The translations under genes and the position numbers were made by a program. A stretch of 35,722 bases of DNA from a virus (taxonomy: Duplodnaviria > Caudoviricetes), in the IMG/VR virus record IMGVR_UViG_3300017828_000005, positions 1 to 35,722 of that record; one strand, written 5' to 3'. Shown one piece after another: positions 1 through 9,802 of this stretch. The notes beneath the pieces were generated by a model that was given only the letters and a program-made list of their open reading frames with translations, did not search any database and was not told the DNA's origin. Positions within the stretch are counted from its first letter, which is position 1; every line of letters begins with the position of its first letter.

Positions 1-364
1 CATTAGCCCTCATTTGCTGAAGATCCTGAAAACGTGGATCTACCTTTTGTGCTTCTAAATCATCCTTTCCAACACCGTATCCAAGGTAACTCTCATATTC
101 TCTAAACTCTTCTACATTAGGAGTAAATCCACCTGGATCTACATCTGAATCTCTAGACAAAATATCAAGAGGATTTGGATCTTCTCTTTCTTGAGGTTCT
201 TCTACTTCATCAAGATTTATTTTATCTATAGTCTTGGGAACAGGATCTTCATCACCCTTCTTTTTATTATCCTGTTTGGGATCATCATCAGGAGTAGAAG
301 TAGACTTAGTACTATTAGTATTAAAGTCTTCACTATTTATCTTATCAAGTACTTTGGAAGGCAT
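1..364 (-). CDS. N-terminal fragment of a large virion cargo/ejection protein (partial, runs off window; missing from the ORF track)
   Basis: Manual translation from ATG at 364 (2 nt after the upstream stop) is open to the window edge: MPSKVLDKINSEDFNTNSTKSTSTPDDDPKQ...VDPRFQDLQQMRAN. The position after muzzle and two cargo genes matches where crAss-like phages encode giant ejected proteins/virion RNAP subunits. Confidence 0.75.
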   Translation of the reverse strand, partial: MPSKVLDKINSEDFNTNSTKSTSTPDDDPKQDNKKKGDEDPVPKTIDKINLDEVEEPQEREDPNPLDILSRDSDVDPGGFTPNVEEFREYESYLGYGVGKDDLEAQKVDPRFQDLQQMRAN

Positions 365-366
365 AT

Positions 367-2577
367 TTATTCATTATTTGGTTCAGTAGATCTCTGTAGT
401 TGAACTGCTGCTTCAACAGCTAGTCCTCTATGATCAGCACTAACTGTTGTATTCTCTAGAAGTTGCTTAAGCTGTCTTCCATATACATTCAGAGATTCTC
501 CATGTTTTTGATGATTTTTGTAGTTTTTAAGTGCTGCAATAGCATCTTCTTTATTTCTTATACCTCTTAGATTTTCAGTCTTTGCAGCCTGTACAATTCT
601 GTTTGTCATCTCCTCACTACTATTAGCAGTACTGATAAGATCATCATAGACTACTGGTTGAACTTCTCCATTCTCTCCTTTCTTTTGAAGAATATAATCC
701 TCCTGCCACTGATTTGTCTCTGGATCTATATTGCCGGATACATTGACTCTATACTGATTACCAACCTCTAATGGATTATCAGATGTAATAGTAGCATTTC
801 TATATTTTAGATTAGATTCTATTACTTGTTGTGCTTCATCAGAAAACATATCCGTAAGCGGCTTAATCATACTGGAAGTCATATTTTGAGTAGGAATTCT
901 GAATGATCTACCCTCAAGTCTATTTTCATCATCTCCTTCAATAGAATTGTCTGTAGTAATTTTAATCCATCTTCCATCACCCGATACACTCACATTCTTT
1001 GTATTAGAAAGAACATCTCTGAATGTCTGTGCTGTATTTTCTTTTGTTTGAGCACCACCATAAAAAGGAATCCAACTATTGTCTTCCTCACTTTGCACAA
1101 GGATATCTTGTGACTTAAGCTTACCAGCCATATTCTGTACAGCAGTTGCCATTTGATCCATTTTTTGACTCATTTTTGTTTGACTTCCAGAAGGGGTATA
1201 AAAGTTTGGAGCACTTTCTGGAGTTTGAGCTTTCTCTCTTATATTTTCTTGTACAGTTTGATATCTATCTAATAGATTAGTCTTTTCTCCATTGACTTCA
1301 GCATTTTGCATAAGCTGTGCAAAGTAAGCATCTTCTGTTCTGATTTGTGGAGTTTGACCACTCATCATTTGAGTTAAAAACTCCTGCTCTGTGCGAGGGG
1401 GTTGTTGTTCTCTATCTTCTGTGGAATATTGCCTCTGCGTAAAGAATTCCTGTTCGGTAGTTGGTCCTATAGTAGTCTTTCCACTACCTCTCTCTGGAGT
1501 TCTTTCAGATAAACGCTTTGCTCTCTGTCTTAGATTACGAATCTTCTCCAATTCAGCATCAGAGAAGTTCTTTTGCATAATTTTAGTTTCAATCCTATTT
1601 CTCCTATCCTTATACTCATCTTTATAAGGACCTTCAGGAAGATGATCAAATGATATGGGAGATCCTGGTACAACAATTTCTTTAGTGCCCCCTTCTCCAT
1701 CATCTCCTGATCCAGGTAGAGATCTAAGATTTATATTTACATCATTAGATGCTCTGTTATTAGCAATCTGAGTTGCAAGAGTATCAAGTTTAGTATTGAC
1801 TGTCTTTTGTGCCTGATCAGTAGCTTTTTCCTCAGACATTCCCTCCATAAGATACTTATTACGAAGCAGCTTTATTGAATTTGACTTCCAATTCTGTACT
1901 TCAGAATTATTTGCAAACTCATTATCTACTGCCCTTTTAATTCTTTTATCACTAACTCCAGATACCTCTTGAAATCTTGCCAAGCCCATATCTTCATAGG
2001 TTCCAGCAAATCCACTTCTTTTACGATCAAATGTCTCTTTAAGACCTTCAATTGCATCAACTCCAATATCATATAGATTATCAGCTTCCTCTGCAAAAGA
2101 TGTTACAGACGGAAAACTACTAGTATCAATTCTACCAGTCTCTTTATCAAACTGTAATCCTTGAGATCTAGTTATTTGTTTTGCAGCCTGTTGTCTACCT
2201 GCATCAGATAGATTTTCTATTTGCTTCTGTTGACTCTCACGAAGCTTCTTTGCTCTCTGAATCTTTTGAAGCTCCTCTTCAGTCATCCTAGCAAGACGAC
2301 TAATTTCTTCCTGATCTCCAAATAGGAGATCATCTTCAGCAAGCCTTTCAAACTCACCTCTTAGATTCTGTTCAAACTGTTCTAGAGCCTGTCTATCTCT
2401 AGGATGTGCCTGCTGTTTTACAGCAGTACCTAAGATTTTATCTCTTTGTTTTGCTCTACGAAGATGTATATCTTCTATTCTTTGAGCAGCACCAGAAATA
2501 GCTTCTGTGGGAAGCTTAGGTTTCTGAGGAATAAATTCACTTTGTTGAACAGGCTGTGTAAATGGAGTAATAGCCAT
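367..2577 (-). CDS. Putative ejected cargo protein (crAss001 gp46-like position), helical/coiled-coil N-terminal half
   Basis: 736 aa ORF, Q/E/R-rich helical N-terminus, directly downstream of the cargo-1-like gene; assignment rests on synteny only. Confidence 0.55.
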   Translation of the reverse strand: MAITPFTQPVQQSEFIPQKPKLPTEAISGAAQRIEDIHLRRAKQRDKILGTAVKQQAHPRDRQALEQFEQNLRGEFERLAEDDLLFGDQEEISRLARMTEEELQKIQRAKKLRESQQKQIENLSDAGRQQAAKQITRSQGLQFDKETGRIDTSSFPSVTSFAEEADNLYDIGVDAIEGLKETFDRKRSGFAGTYEDMGLARFQEVSGVSDKRIKRAVDNEFANNSEVQNWKSNSIKLLRNKYLMEGMSEEKATDQAQKTVNTKLDTLATQIANNRASNDVNINLRSLPGSGDDGEGGTKEIVVPGSPISFDHLPEGPYKDEYKDRRNRIETKIMQKNFSDAELEKIRNLRQRAKRLSERTPERGSGKTTIGPTTEQEFFTQRQYSTEDREQQPPRTEQEFLTQMMSGQTPQIRTEDAYFAQLMQNAEVNGEKTNLLDRYQTVQENIREKAQTPESAPNFYTPSGSQTKMSQKMDQMATAVQNMAGKLKSQDILVQSEEDNSWIPFYGGAQTKENTAQTFRDVLSNTKNVSVSGDGRWIKITTDNSIEGDDENRLEGRSFRIPTQNMTSSMIKPLTDMFSDEAQQVIESNLKYRNATITSDNPLEVGNQYRVNVSGNIDPETNQWQEDYILQKKGENGEVQPVVYDDLISTANSSEEMTNRIVQAAKTENLRGIRNKEDAIAALKNYKNHQKHGESLNVYGRQLKQLLENTTVSADHRGLAVEAAVQLQRSTEPNNE

Positions 2578-2583
2578 ATCTAT

Positions 2584-5316
2584 TTATTCTTTGTTATAGA
2601 TTTGTCTTACTCTCTGTGCCTTTTGTGGATATCTTTCTTGTAGCATTTCAAATACCCTATCAACAGCAGCTTGATTTTCAACAGCAGACAGTTCAGCAGC
2701 AAGGCTAACAGCATCCATATCAAGCTTATCCTGCCATCTCTGCTGTTGCTGAAGCCTTTGACTAGCTTGCTGTAGACCTGTAGTAATAAGATTCATCTGA
2801 GCCTCATCAGCCTTCATCTGTTGTCTTCTCTCTGCCTGAGCAGCTTGTGTACGGCCCTGAGAAATAGCTCTATCTCTTCCCTGTTGTGCAGAAGCAAGTT
2901 TACTAAGCATCTGATTCCTAAGACGAGTTTCTCTATTTTCTTCCTGAGCTTCAATCTTAGCTCTCTGCTTCATTGCATTTGTAGCTGCTGCTCTCTTCTG
3001 ATTTTGAGAAGCTGTAGGATCAGCAATAACGCTTCTAAGAGCACGATCAACAGATGCAAGTTGAGGATCAACATTTACATCCGTTTCCATTTGTCTAATA
3101 GTTTCTTCTGCTCTTCCAGCAGGAGGAGTATAAGGTACATCTGATACATCAGGACCTCCTTTTAAAGCACTAATTCCAGCCCTTCCAAGATTTAATATTG
3201 CTGGAGCATAGGGAAGAGCACTTTCAAGAACATTACCTATTCCTCCAACTACTGAATTAGCTGTTTCACCCCAATCTATTCCTGTATCACCTCGATTATA
3301 TCCTGTATCAACACCAGCAGCCATAGCTCCCTGACCTGTTCTATTTTCCCATTTGTCACCATAATAACCACCTGTTTGATATTCTACTTCTCCACCATAG
3401 GCTTTCTCATCTTCTCCCAGATCCACTCCATACTCATTAGCTTTTCTTTTAATCCTCTCTTCAAGGGTACTTTGTGAGATATTATAGTCTCCATGATTTC
3501 TTAGCTTCCAAGCATCTTTTACATCATCAGCAGAGTTAATTGGATATTTTGGCTCATCTCCTTCTGTCTCAGATGCTTTTACTGCATAGTATCCTCCTTC
3601 TTCATAAACATTAGGCATCTTTCCACCAGCAGGCATCTTTTTTTCATTTCCTAACATAGCCAACTTTTTTCCAAGAGGACCTAAATGCTTGGTTCTTTTA
3701 TTAGGTTCATCTTGAGTCTTGTTTTCTCCAGTAATAGTAGATCCACTCTGATCTCTACCAGCTACTCTTTCTTGAATTTCAGCAAGTTCTTGAATTTGAG
3801 ACTGATTAGCATTATTTTCTACAAGATGTTTATGATAATCAGCAAATGTCATCCCTTGTTTTCCATCAGGTAAAACAGAATTTGGTACAGTTAGTCGATC
3901 ACTAAATACGTATTCACCTTTTGATAGATTATCTAGAGTTTCTCCACCTTCAACTTCAGTTCTTTCGTTTAGATGAACTCCACCATTTTCATGTCTAGGT
4001 CCAACTACTTTTTCTGCATCTTGACCAATGGGTACAGTTCCTCCATTTCTCATCTTATTCTCAATATATCCTCCACCTGCAATAATTTCCGTAGTTGTAC
4101 CTTGATTAGCACTATTATTAGAGGAATTTAGTCTAGGTAATGTAGTTTGAAGTGCTCTCTGTACTCCCATTCCTCTTGATAAACCCCTCATTGGCATCCC
4201 CCCCATCCTTCCTCCCCCAAACAAAGGAGCAGCAGATGAAAAAAGATTTGCTCCAAGTGAAGCCCAATCATAATAACTACCCCCACCAAATCCACCACCT
4301 CCAGTTGGGGGTGGACTACCGCCTCCAGAAGATCCTCCTCCGCCTTTAGTAGGGGGCCAATTATATCCACCTGAAGCTAATTCAAGTTTAGGAAGAGGGG
4401 GATTTAAAGCTCTATTACCTCTTGTCATAGTTTTATCTCTCTTAGTTGAAATATCTTTATCATGTAGATTTATGTTTTCTTTAGATCTCTCGTAACTTTC
4501 TTTACTAATTTTTGGACGGACTTGTTCTCCAGTTTCAGGATCAAAATAAAATCTGTCATAGATATGAAAAGGATGACCAGCTTTATCTAGTAATCCAGCA
4601 GCAACTTTACCTACTTTGCTTCCACCAGTATATTTATCACCATATTGAGGCCCAAAATCATATTTATCATACAGACTAAAATAATATCCACTTTCATCTT
4701 TTCCTATTGATTTCGTGAAATCTCCTAATGAGAAACCACTTTGGTGAGTGCCTCTAACATCAAATTTATCTAATACTTCTTCATCAGTAATTATATCCCC
4801 CTCTTCCATAGAAGAAAGCTTTTTGGCTACCTCATTATTAGTAACATTATTTAGTTGATCCATATAGTAATCTGCCTCGTCTGGAGATATCTCCCCATCA
4901 GCAAGCATATTTTGAATCTTTATCGATGCATCTAAAGCATCCTCACTTTCCTTTATTTTCTGTGGAATCTCTCCAAACTTTTCACTAAATTCTATATTAT
5001 CACTAATATTAAGAACTACTTTGTCTTTTATAGATCTAAAATCTTTCTCATCTGCATTACTAAGCGATGTGGGTGTAAATCTAGACTTAGGTAAGTCACT
5101 ACCGAAAGCAAAATCTTTCATTCCTTCTGCATTTTCATCTTGCCATCTAAGACTAACATCTCCACTAGCTTCAGTTAGCATAGTACTTCCATAAACTCCA
5201 GCACCAAGAATCTCACTAATTATAGGCATATCATTAGCAGTTTCCAATCCACTTGCAGCTATTTTATACAAGGGATTGTCTAATACGCTATCTTTAGGTT
5301 CGGGATCTTTAGGCAT
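2584..5316 (-). CDS. Cargo protein 1-like ejection protein (crAss001 gp45-like), modular
   Basis: 910 aa, immediately after the muzzle gene. Contains a GPRHENGGV...EVEGGET...YVFSDRL segment typical of crAss-like cargo proteins, Gly-rich linkers, hydrophobic/amphipathic helices (SVVGGIGNVLESALPYAPAILNLGRAGISAL) and an A/Q-rich coiled-coil C-terminus. Confidence 0.7.
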   Translation of the reverse strand: MPKDPEPKDSVLDNPLYKIAASGLETANDMPIISEILGAGVYGSTMLTEASGDVSLRWQDENAEGMKDFAFGSDLPKSRFTPTSLSNADEKDFRSIKDKVVLNISDNIEFSEKFGEIPQKIKESEDALDASIKIQNMLADGEISPDEADYYMDQLNNVTNNEVAKKLSSMEEGDIITDEEVLDKFDVRGTHQSGFSLGDFTKSIGKDESGYYFSLYDKYDFGPQYGDKYTGGSKVGKVAAGLLDKAGHPFHIYDRFYFDPETGEQVRPKISKESYERSKENINLHDKDISTKRDKTMTRGNRALNPPLPKLELASGGYNWPPTKGGGGSSGGGSPPPTGGGGFGGGSYYDWASLGANLFSSAAPLFGGGRMGGMPMRGLSRGMGVQRALQTTLPRLNSSNNSANQGTTTEIIAGGGYIENKMRNGGTVPIGQDAEKVVGPRHENGGVHLNERTEVEGGETLDNLSKGEYVFSDRLTVPNSVLPDGKQGMTFADYHKHLVENNANQSQIQELAEIQERVAGRDQSGSTITGENKTQDEPNKRTKHLGPLGKKLAMLGNEKKMPAGGKMPNVYEEGGYYAVKASETEGDEPKYPINSADDVKDAWKLRNHGDYNISQSTLEERIKRKANEYGVDLGEDEKAYGGEVEYQTGGYYGDKWENRTGQGAMAAGVDTGYNRGDTGIDWGETANSVVGGIGNVLESALPYAPAILNLGRAGISALKGGPDVSDVPYTPPAGRAEETIRQMETDVNVDPQLASVDRALRSVIADPTASQNQKRAAATNAMKQRAKIEAQEENRETRLRNQMLSKLASAQQGRDRAISQGRTQAAQAERRQQMKADEAQMNLITTGLQQASQRLQQQQRWQDKLDMDAVSLAAELSAVENQAAVDRVFEMLQERYPQKAQRVRQIYNKE

Positions 5317-5318
5317 AA

Positions 5319-8300
5319 TTAATGAACTGTTTGTTCAGAATCAATTCCAGCAGATCTTAGGATAATAGATTCTTCAGAAGCTGCTTTCTCTAGTGTTACA
5401 ATATGATAGTCATCTTCTAATCTAGGATCTTGTGCCCAAGATGGTAGGTATCCTGGACCTCCTCCAGTTTCTCTAATATCATTTACTCTCCACACTCCTT
5501 GGGTTCTTCTTGTATTTCCTCTGCTAGTGATATCTTCAGGGGATCCCCCATCGTAAGAAGTAAGAACTATATTACCAGTTGTCTGATTAGCATTTTCTAC
5601 AGATAGGGTATCAAACGGAATACTCTCATTAATGACACCATTAGGAGCATCAATATTATCTGCATTAAACCAAACGTGATCTACCTTATGATTGAATCCA
5701 TGTGGAACTGAATATACAAATTTAAATTTACTATCATTATTATAAATCTCGTTAGAAGATCCATACTCATGAAAGTATAGAGTATTATTCTTTATTGTAG
5801 CTAGAGAGTCAAGTATATCTACATATCTATCAGGATGATAAGAGTGTCTAGATCCCCAGGCAGGTCTGTCTGGATAGAAAGAGATTGTCTTATCATCTCC
5901 ATTTCCAGTATCATGAAAGGTAAACATCACTCTTCCACTATCACTATCATATCCAACTCTAGGCTCCTTATCTGGATTTCTAAGAATGTCATCAAAGAAT
6001 CCACTAAGACCAAGTTGTTCAGTTGTTAGTTCATTCATTCCCTGTCCTTCAGACAACCAGTAAATAGAGTTTGCATCTTTGTCAACAAAGAAGTATCCTG
6101 CCTCACAGCTTGTTTGTGATCTAAATGAATGAAGTCCAGCAAATCCAAGTTCTGTTACATTAAGTTCTTCAGGAATAACTCTAAATATATCACCACTTCC
6201 AATAAATGCTTCTTGGCCTCCTGTTGTCTTAAGTCTTTCCTTACCTACTGTCTGAATTATAGATCTTTCAGTGTGAATAATTAGATTATCATTAAGCTCA
6301 GTAAGGTTAATAACTTCTCCTCTATTTTCTTTCACATCTAAAAAATCTTCAGAAAGAAAGCGTCTAAATGATCTGCTTCCTCCCACATCTTCATCACCGG
6401 AAGATCTAATTATTCTATTATATTGTGCATTTTCTGGAATATCAAATGGGTCCCAAGGAAATGCTGTCTTTACTGTATTAACCTTTGCATATTCCTCATT
6501 CCATTGTGGATAGTTATCTGATCTCGTGAAATAATCTGCCCATATTCTAGACATAATGATTTCCCTAGCAGGTGGACTACTGCTAGTATCATATTCATTA
6601 GCACTAGGCTCAAGATCTTCAACATCGGGTACAATTCTCCAAGGTGCAAATGTCTGTCCTATATCTGTTCTAGGTGCTCTGAGATCATATCTACTATCTT
6701 CTCCATCAGAAACAAGGCCAGCAGGCAATCTTGACTCTACAAAGGAATCATAACTATGACTTACTGGAAATGGTGTTACATTAAGATCTCCCTCTGTGCC
6801 AATAACTTCTTGAATACCGAGTCTTACTCCCTTGAGATCGGCACTACTAGAAGATCCAACAATACCCAAAGAGTCAGATATATCATTAATCCAAAATTTA
6901 TCAAATGCATCATTCCATCCTGAATCATCATTATTATTCTTTGTACCATCTAATAGTGACAATAAAGTGTTAGCATTATAAGTATTTTGAGTTATATAAC
7001 TATCCCCATTTTCAAAAGATAGAGATTCACCATTTCCATTAGAATCAATATTCCCAATTGTAGATGTATCTACAAGTTCTTGTCTATCATAAGGAGCATG
7101 AACATTATTTTGAGTAACACACATATCAAAGATCATTCTAAATCCCCTGTCCATATGCTCACTGTTAAGCTCCATGATAATTTTTGACTCTCCAAAGAGG
7201 TTGTCCATATCATGAGAAAAACCATACTCTTCTGATATAGGCACTTCCCTAGAACCGGCTTCAATATATGTAGGTCCAGAATCTACACCTATAAACCATG
7301 CATCATCTTCACTTCCTTCATGAGGACCAGAAATTTTTGTTCTATTACCATCAGCATTATGTAGATTATATTGACTAATAGTTGGCTGATGATCATATTC
7401 AATCTTCTCAATACCTCTTATATGAGTTACACCTGATACATCAGGTCTATTAATCATTGAGTATACAGGTCTTCCATAGGCTACGTCTTCTTGTGCTCCC
7501 CATTCTTCTCCTGTGAAGGTACCATCTCCATCTCCATCATGTTCACTAAGTTCATCAAATCCATGAGTGCAATATTTTGTATTATCAAATACATTATCAT
7601 CTTGCTGAAATGGTCTGTGACCATCAGTTCCAGCACCTACTCCAGCAGCATCTACCCAGCCACAATTAAATGATCCCTGATCAATAATTAATTTATCACT
7701 ATCTGTCTTTTTTGCATAATATAGCTTATATCCAACAATTTTATCAGTTAGTGCTGTTGGAGTACCAACAGGTACATCGACATTACTTACTTCAAGATTA
7801 ACCACATTGGCTTCTCTATTACCACTATTTATTCTAGTAGGTCTCATATCAGTCCTATTATTTCCATTACTATCATAAAGATAGGTTGGACCAGGAATCC
7901 TATGATGACGAATATTAGCTTCAGAAAAATTTATTGTATTCCCACTTACATCTGTAGTTGTCTCATTATTAAAAGGTGGTTTATCAGGATAAGACTCATT
8001 TTCATTTTCCCAATAGCCCATTCCAGTAGAAGCATCAGGTTCAGCTATTGCTTTGTATCTATCATTGAATGTTAGACCCCCATTGGAATAACTAGCTTTA
8101 TCACTAGCTCCACTTGGAAGACTATTTGTAGGTGGTCTACCGGGAATATGAAATGCTTCAGTTTCCCTACCATCATCTCTGATAAATGACATGTAGAGAG
8201 CATAGACTTCTCCTCTCTTGAATGTAGCTCCCTCTCTCTGTCCTGTAATCTTATCCAATCCTGTTCCCGCACTCTGAGGTCTAGTAAAGTTTGTTGTAAT

Positions 8301-9311
8301 AGAAACTGTAGTATTTAATGCAGTTTTTTGAAGCTCCTCTTTTTCAGACTTGCTAAGTCCAGATTCCTCTAGTCCCCCCATAAACATCTGGTTATTATGT
8401 TGCGTGATAGTATTTACACTATCATATGAAGCGCTATCAATTACAATCTCATCAAGACTTCCAGCAGTTTCATCTTCATTTCCAGTATAGGTGTAGTCAA
8501 CAGTTCCTGTATCAGGAATGCTAACATCTTGAATATTAGCTACATTAGTACCTTTAATAGCACTAATTCTAAGCCTATCATAGTTAGTATCAAGATTACT
8601 TATACTAAAGTGTATTGATTTACCTGTTTGAGTTTCATCGTCTAGACCGATGTATCTAAATATATTATTTTGAGATTCTTGTCTATATACTCTTATTGGT
8701 CTAGTTACATAAAAGTAGTTTGTTAGTGTGTTATCATCATCAAGATATGCAAATGCAAGCTGATAGCTTCCTCCACTCAAGGATCCTCCAGAATCTCTTA
8801 GTTCTTTAAAGTTAAATAGAGGCGTATCACTTTTATTAGAATTATAATGAGGAAACATATTTAGAGTATATACATCATCAATATCCTTATTTTTATCTAC
8901 ATTATAGAATCTAGGAGGATGTACTCCATCGGTCCAGTAGAGAATGAGTTCATCATTATTGTTAATACTATAACTAGCGTCAAGATATGTAATATTTGAG
9001 TTCCCAAAGTCTAAAGATCCATTACTAATATTTAAAGTATCAGAAAGTATACTACTAGTAGTATCATTTATATAGTCATATTCTGCAATACTTGATATTC
9101 CATTTCCATGTTCAAAAACATAGATTACATTTCTTTCAGGTACAGTTAGAGTACCTTCTATATTACTAAAAGAACTTTTGGATTGAGTAGGACGATCCTT
9201 TACAATAGATCCTGTCTTATCATTCAGGATTCCATTAACAAGATCTCTATAAGTACCTTCAGGTTGTGCAGAAGGATCTACATCCTGGTTAATTCCTTTT
9301 GTGAATCTCAT
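5319..9311 (-). CDS. Muzzle / tail stabilisation protein (P22 gp10-like)
   Basis: 1330 aa. N-terminus MRFTKGINQDVDPSAQPEGTYRDLVNG; LYWTDGVHPPRFYN; FKRGEVYALYMSF...EAFHIPGR; C-terminal propeller segments (GYFFVD, VGYD, WGSRHSYHPD). These motifs are characteristic of the Crassvirales muzzle, and the position before the cargo genes agrees. Confidence 0.88.
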   Translation of the reverse strand: MRFTKGINQDVDPSAQPEGTYRDLVNGILNDKTGSIVKDRPTQSKSSFSNIEGTLTVPERNVIYVFEHGNGISSIAEYDYINDTTSSILSDTLNISNGSLDFGNSNITYLDASYSINNNDELILYWTDGVHPPRFYNVDKNKDIDDVYTLNMFPHYNSNKSDTPLFNFKELRDSGGSLSGGSYQLAFAYLDDDNTLTNYFYVTRPIRVYRQESQNNIFRYIGLDDETQTGKSIHFSISNLDTNYDRLRISAIKGTNVANIQDVSIPDTGTVDYTYTGNEDETAGSLDEIVIDSASYDSVNTITQHNNQMFMGGLEESGLSKSEKEELQKTALNTTVSITTNFTRPQSAGTGLDKITGQREGATFKRGEVYALYMSFIRDDGRETEAFHIPGRPPTNSLPSGASDKASYSNGGLTFNDRYKAIAEPDASTGMGYWENENESYPDKPPFNNETTTDVSGNTINFSEANIRHHRIPGPTYLYDSNGNNRTDMRPTRINSGNREANVVNLEVSNVDVPVGTPTALTDKIVGYKLYYAKKTDSDKLIIDQGSFNCGWVDAAGVGAGTDGHRPFQQDDNVFDNTKYCTHGFDELSEHDGDGDGTFTGEEWGAQEDVAYGRPVYSMINRPDVSGVTHIRGIEKIEYDHQPTISQYNLHNADGNRTKISGPHEGSEDDAWFIGVDSGPTYIEAGSREVPISEEYGFSHDMDNLFGESKIIMELNSEHMDRGFRMIFDMCVTQNNVHAPYDRQELVDTSTIGNIDSNGNGESLSFENGDSYITQNTYNANTLLSLLDGTKNNNDDSGWNDAFDKFWINDISDSLGIVGSSSSADLKGVRLGIQEVIGTEGDLNVTPFPVSHSYDSFVESRLPAGLVSDGEDSRYDLRAPRTDIGQTFAPWRIVPDVEDLEPSANEYDTSSSPPAREIIMSRIWADYFTRSDNYPQWNEEYAKVNTVKTAFPWDPFDIPENAQYNRIIRSSGDEDVGGSRSFRRFLSEDFLDVKENRGEVINLTELNDNLIIHTERSIIQTVGKERLKTTGGQEAFIGSGDIFRVIPEELNVTELGFAGLHSFRSQTSCEAGYFFVDKDANSIYWLSEGQGMNELTTEQLGLSGFFDDILRNPDKEPRVGYDSDSGRVMFTFHDTGNGDDKTISFYPDRPAWGSRHSYHPDRYVDILDSLATIKNNTLYFHEYGSSNEIYNNDSKFKFVYSVPHGFNHKVDHVWFNADNIDAPNGVINESIPFDTLSVENANQTTGNIVLTSYDGGSPEDITSRGNTRRTQGVWRVNDIRETGGGPGYLPSWAQDPRLEDDYHIVTLEKAASEESIILRSAGIDSEQTVH

Positions 9312-9802
9312 TATACAAGATTAATTTCTTTAAGATTTACTTTATTATCTACTTCATTAATAAGTCCTGCTATTTGGACTTTTGTTGGTTTCTTTTCATT
9401 AACAATAGTAAGGTTAGAAATATTTGGAAGAGTGTCTAGAAGCCTATCTAGTGTCTTTTTACTATCTGTAACATCAAGATACCCATCATCATTTATATGA
9501 GAAAAGGCTCCTCCAACAGCAATACATCCAGCAAGCTGAAAGAAATAATTTGCAATGTGAATTTTAATTCCTGATCTATTAGGTACATCTTTAACCCAAA
9601 AGTGAGGATAGTCAAACCTACTCCATTGTAACTGATCTCCTGTAAGTTTTTGAAGAGAATACTTTCCAGCAGGAATCCTACTAACTCTTCTTTTATTTTC
9701 TAATGGGGGAAGTTCTATAGTTCTACAAGAAAAGTCAGAGGTTCTAAGAGTCCCAATTGTTTGTTTATCATTATGTGCAATTCTATTAAGCTTTACATCC
9801 AT
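9311..9802 (-). CDS. DUF5675-family protein (L,D-transpeptidase-like fold; candidate endolysin)
   Basis: Motifs L.R...TIGTL...CRTIELP...SRIPAGKY...DVPNRSGIKIH(IAN)...GCIAVG match the DUF5675 pattern with a His/Cys dyad; adjacent to a holin-like gene. Confidence 0.75.
   Translation of the reverse strand: MDVKLNRIAHNDKQTIGTLRTSDFSCRTIELPPLENKRRVSRIPAGKYSLQKLTGDQLQWSRFDYPHFWVKDVPNRSGIKIHIANYFFQLAGCIAVGGAFSHINDDGYLDVTDSKKTLDRLLDTLPNISNLTIVNEKKPTKVQIAGLINEVDNKVNLKEINLV

Noticed and set aside
4279-4350. GC-rich CCA/CCT repeats resembling a tandem repeat or G-quadruplex
   Set aside because: Fully explained by the Gly/Pro linker codons of the cargo protein.
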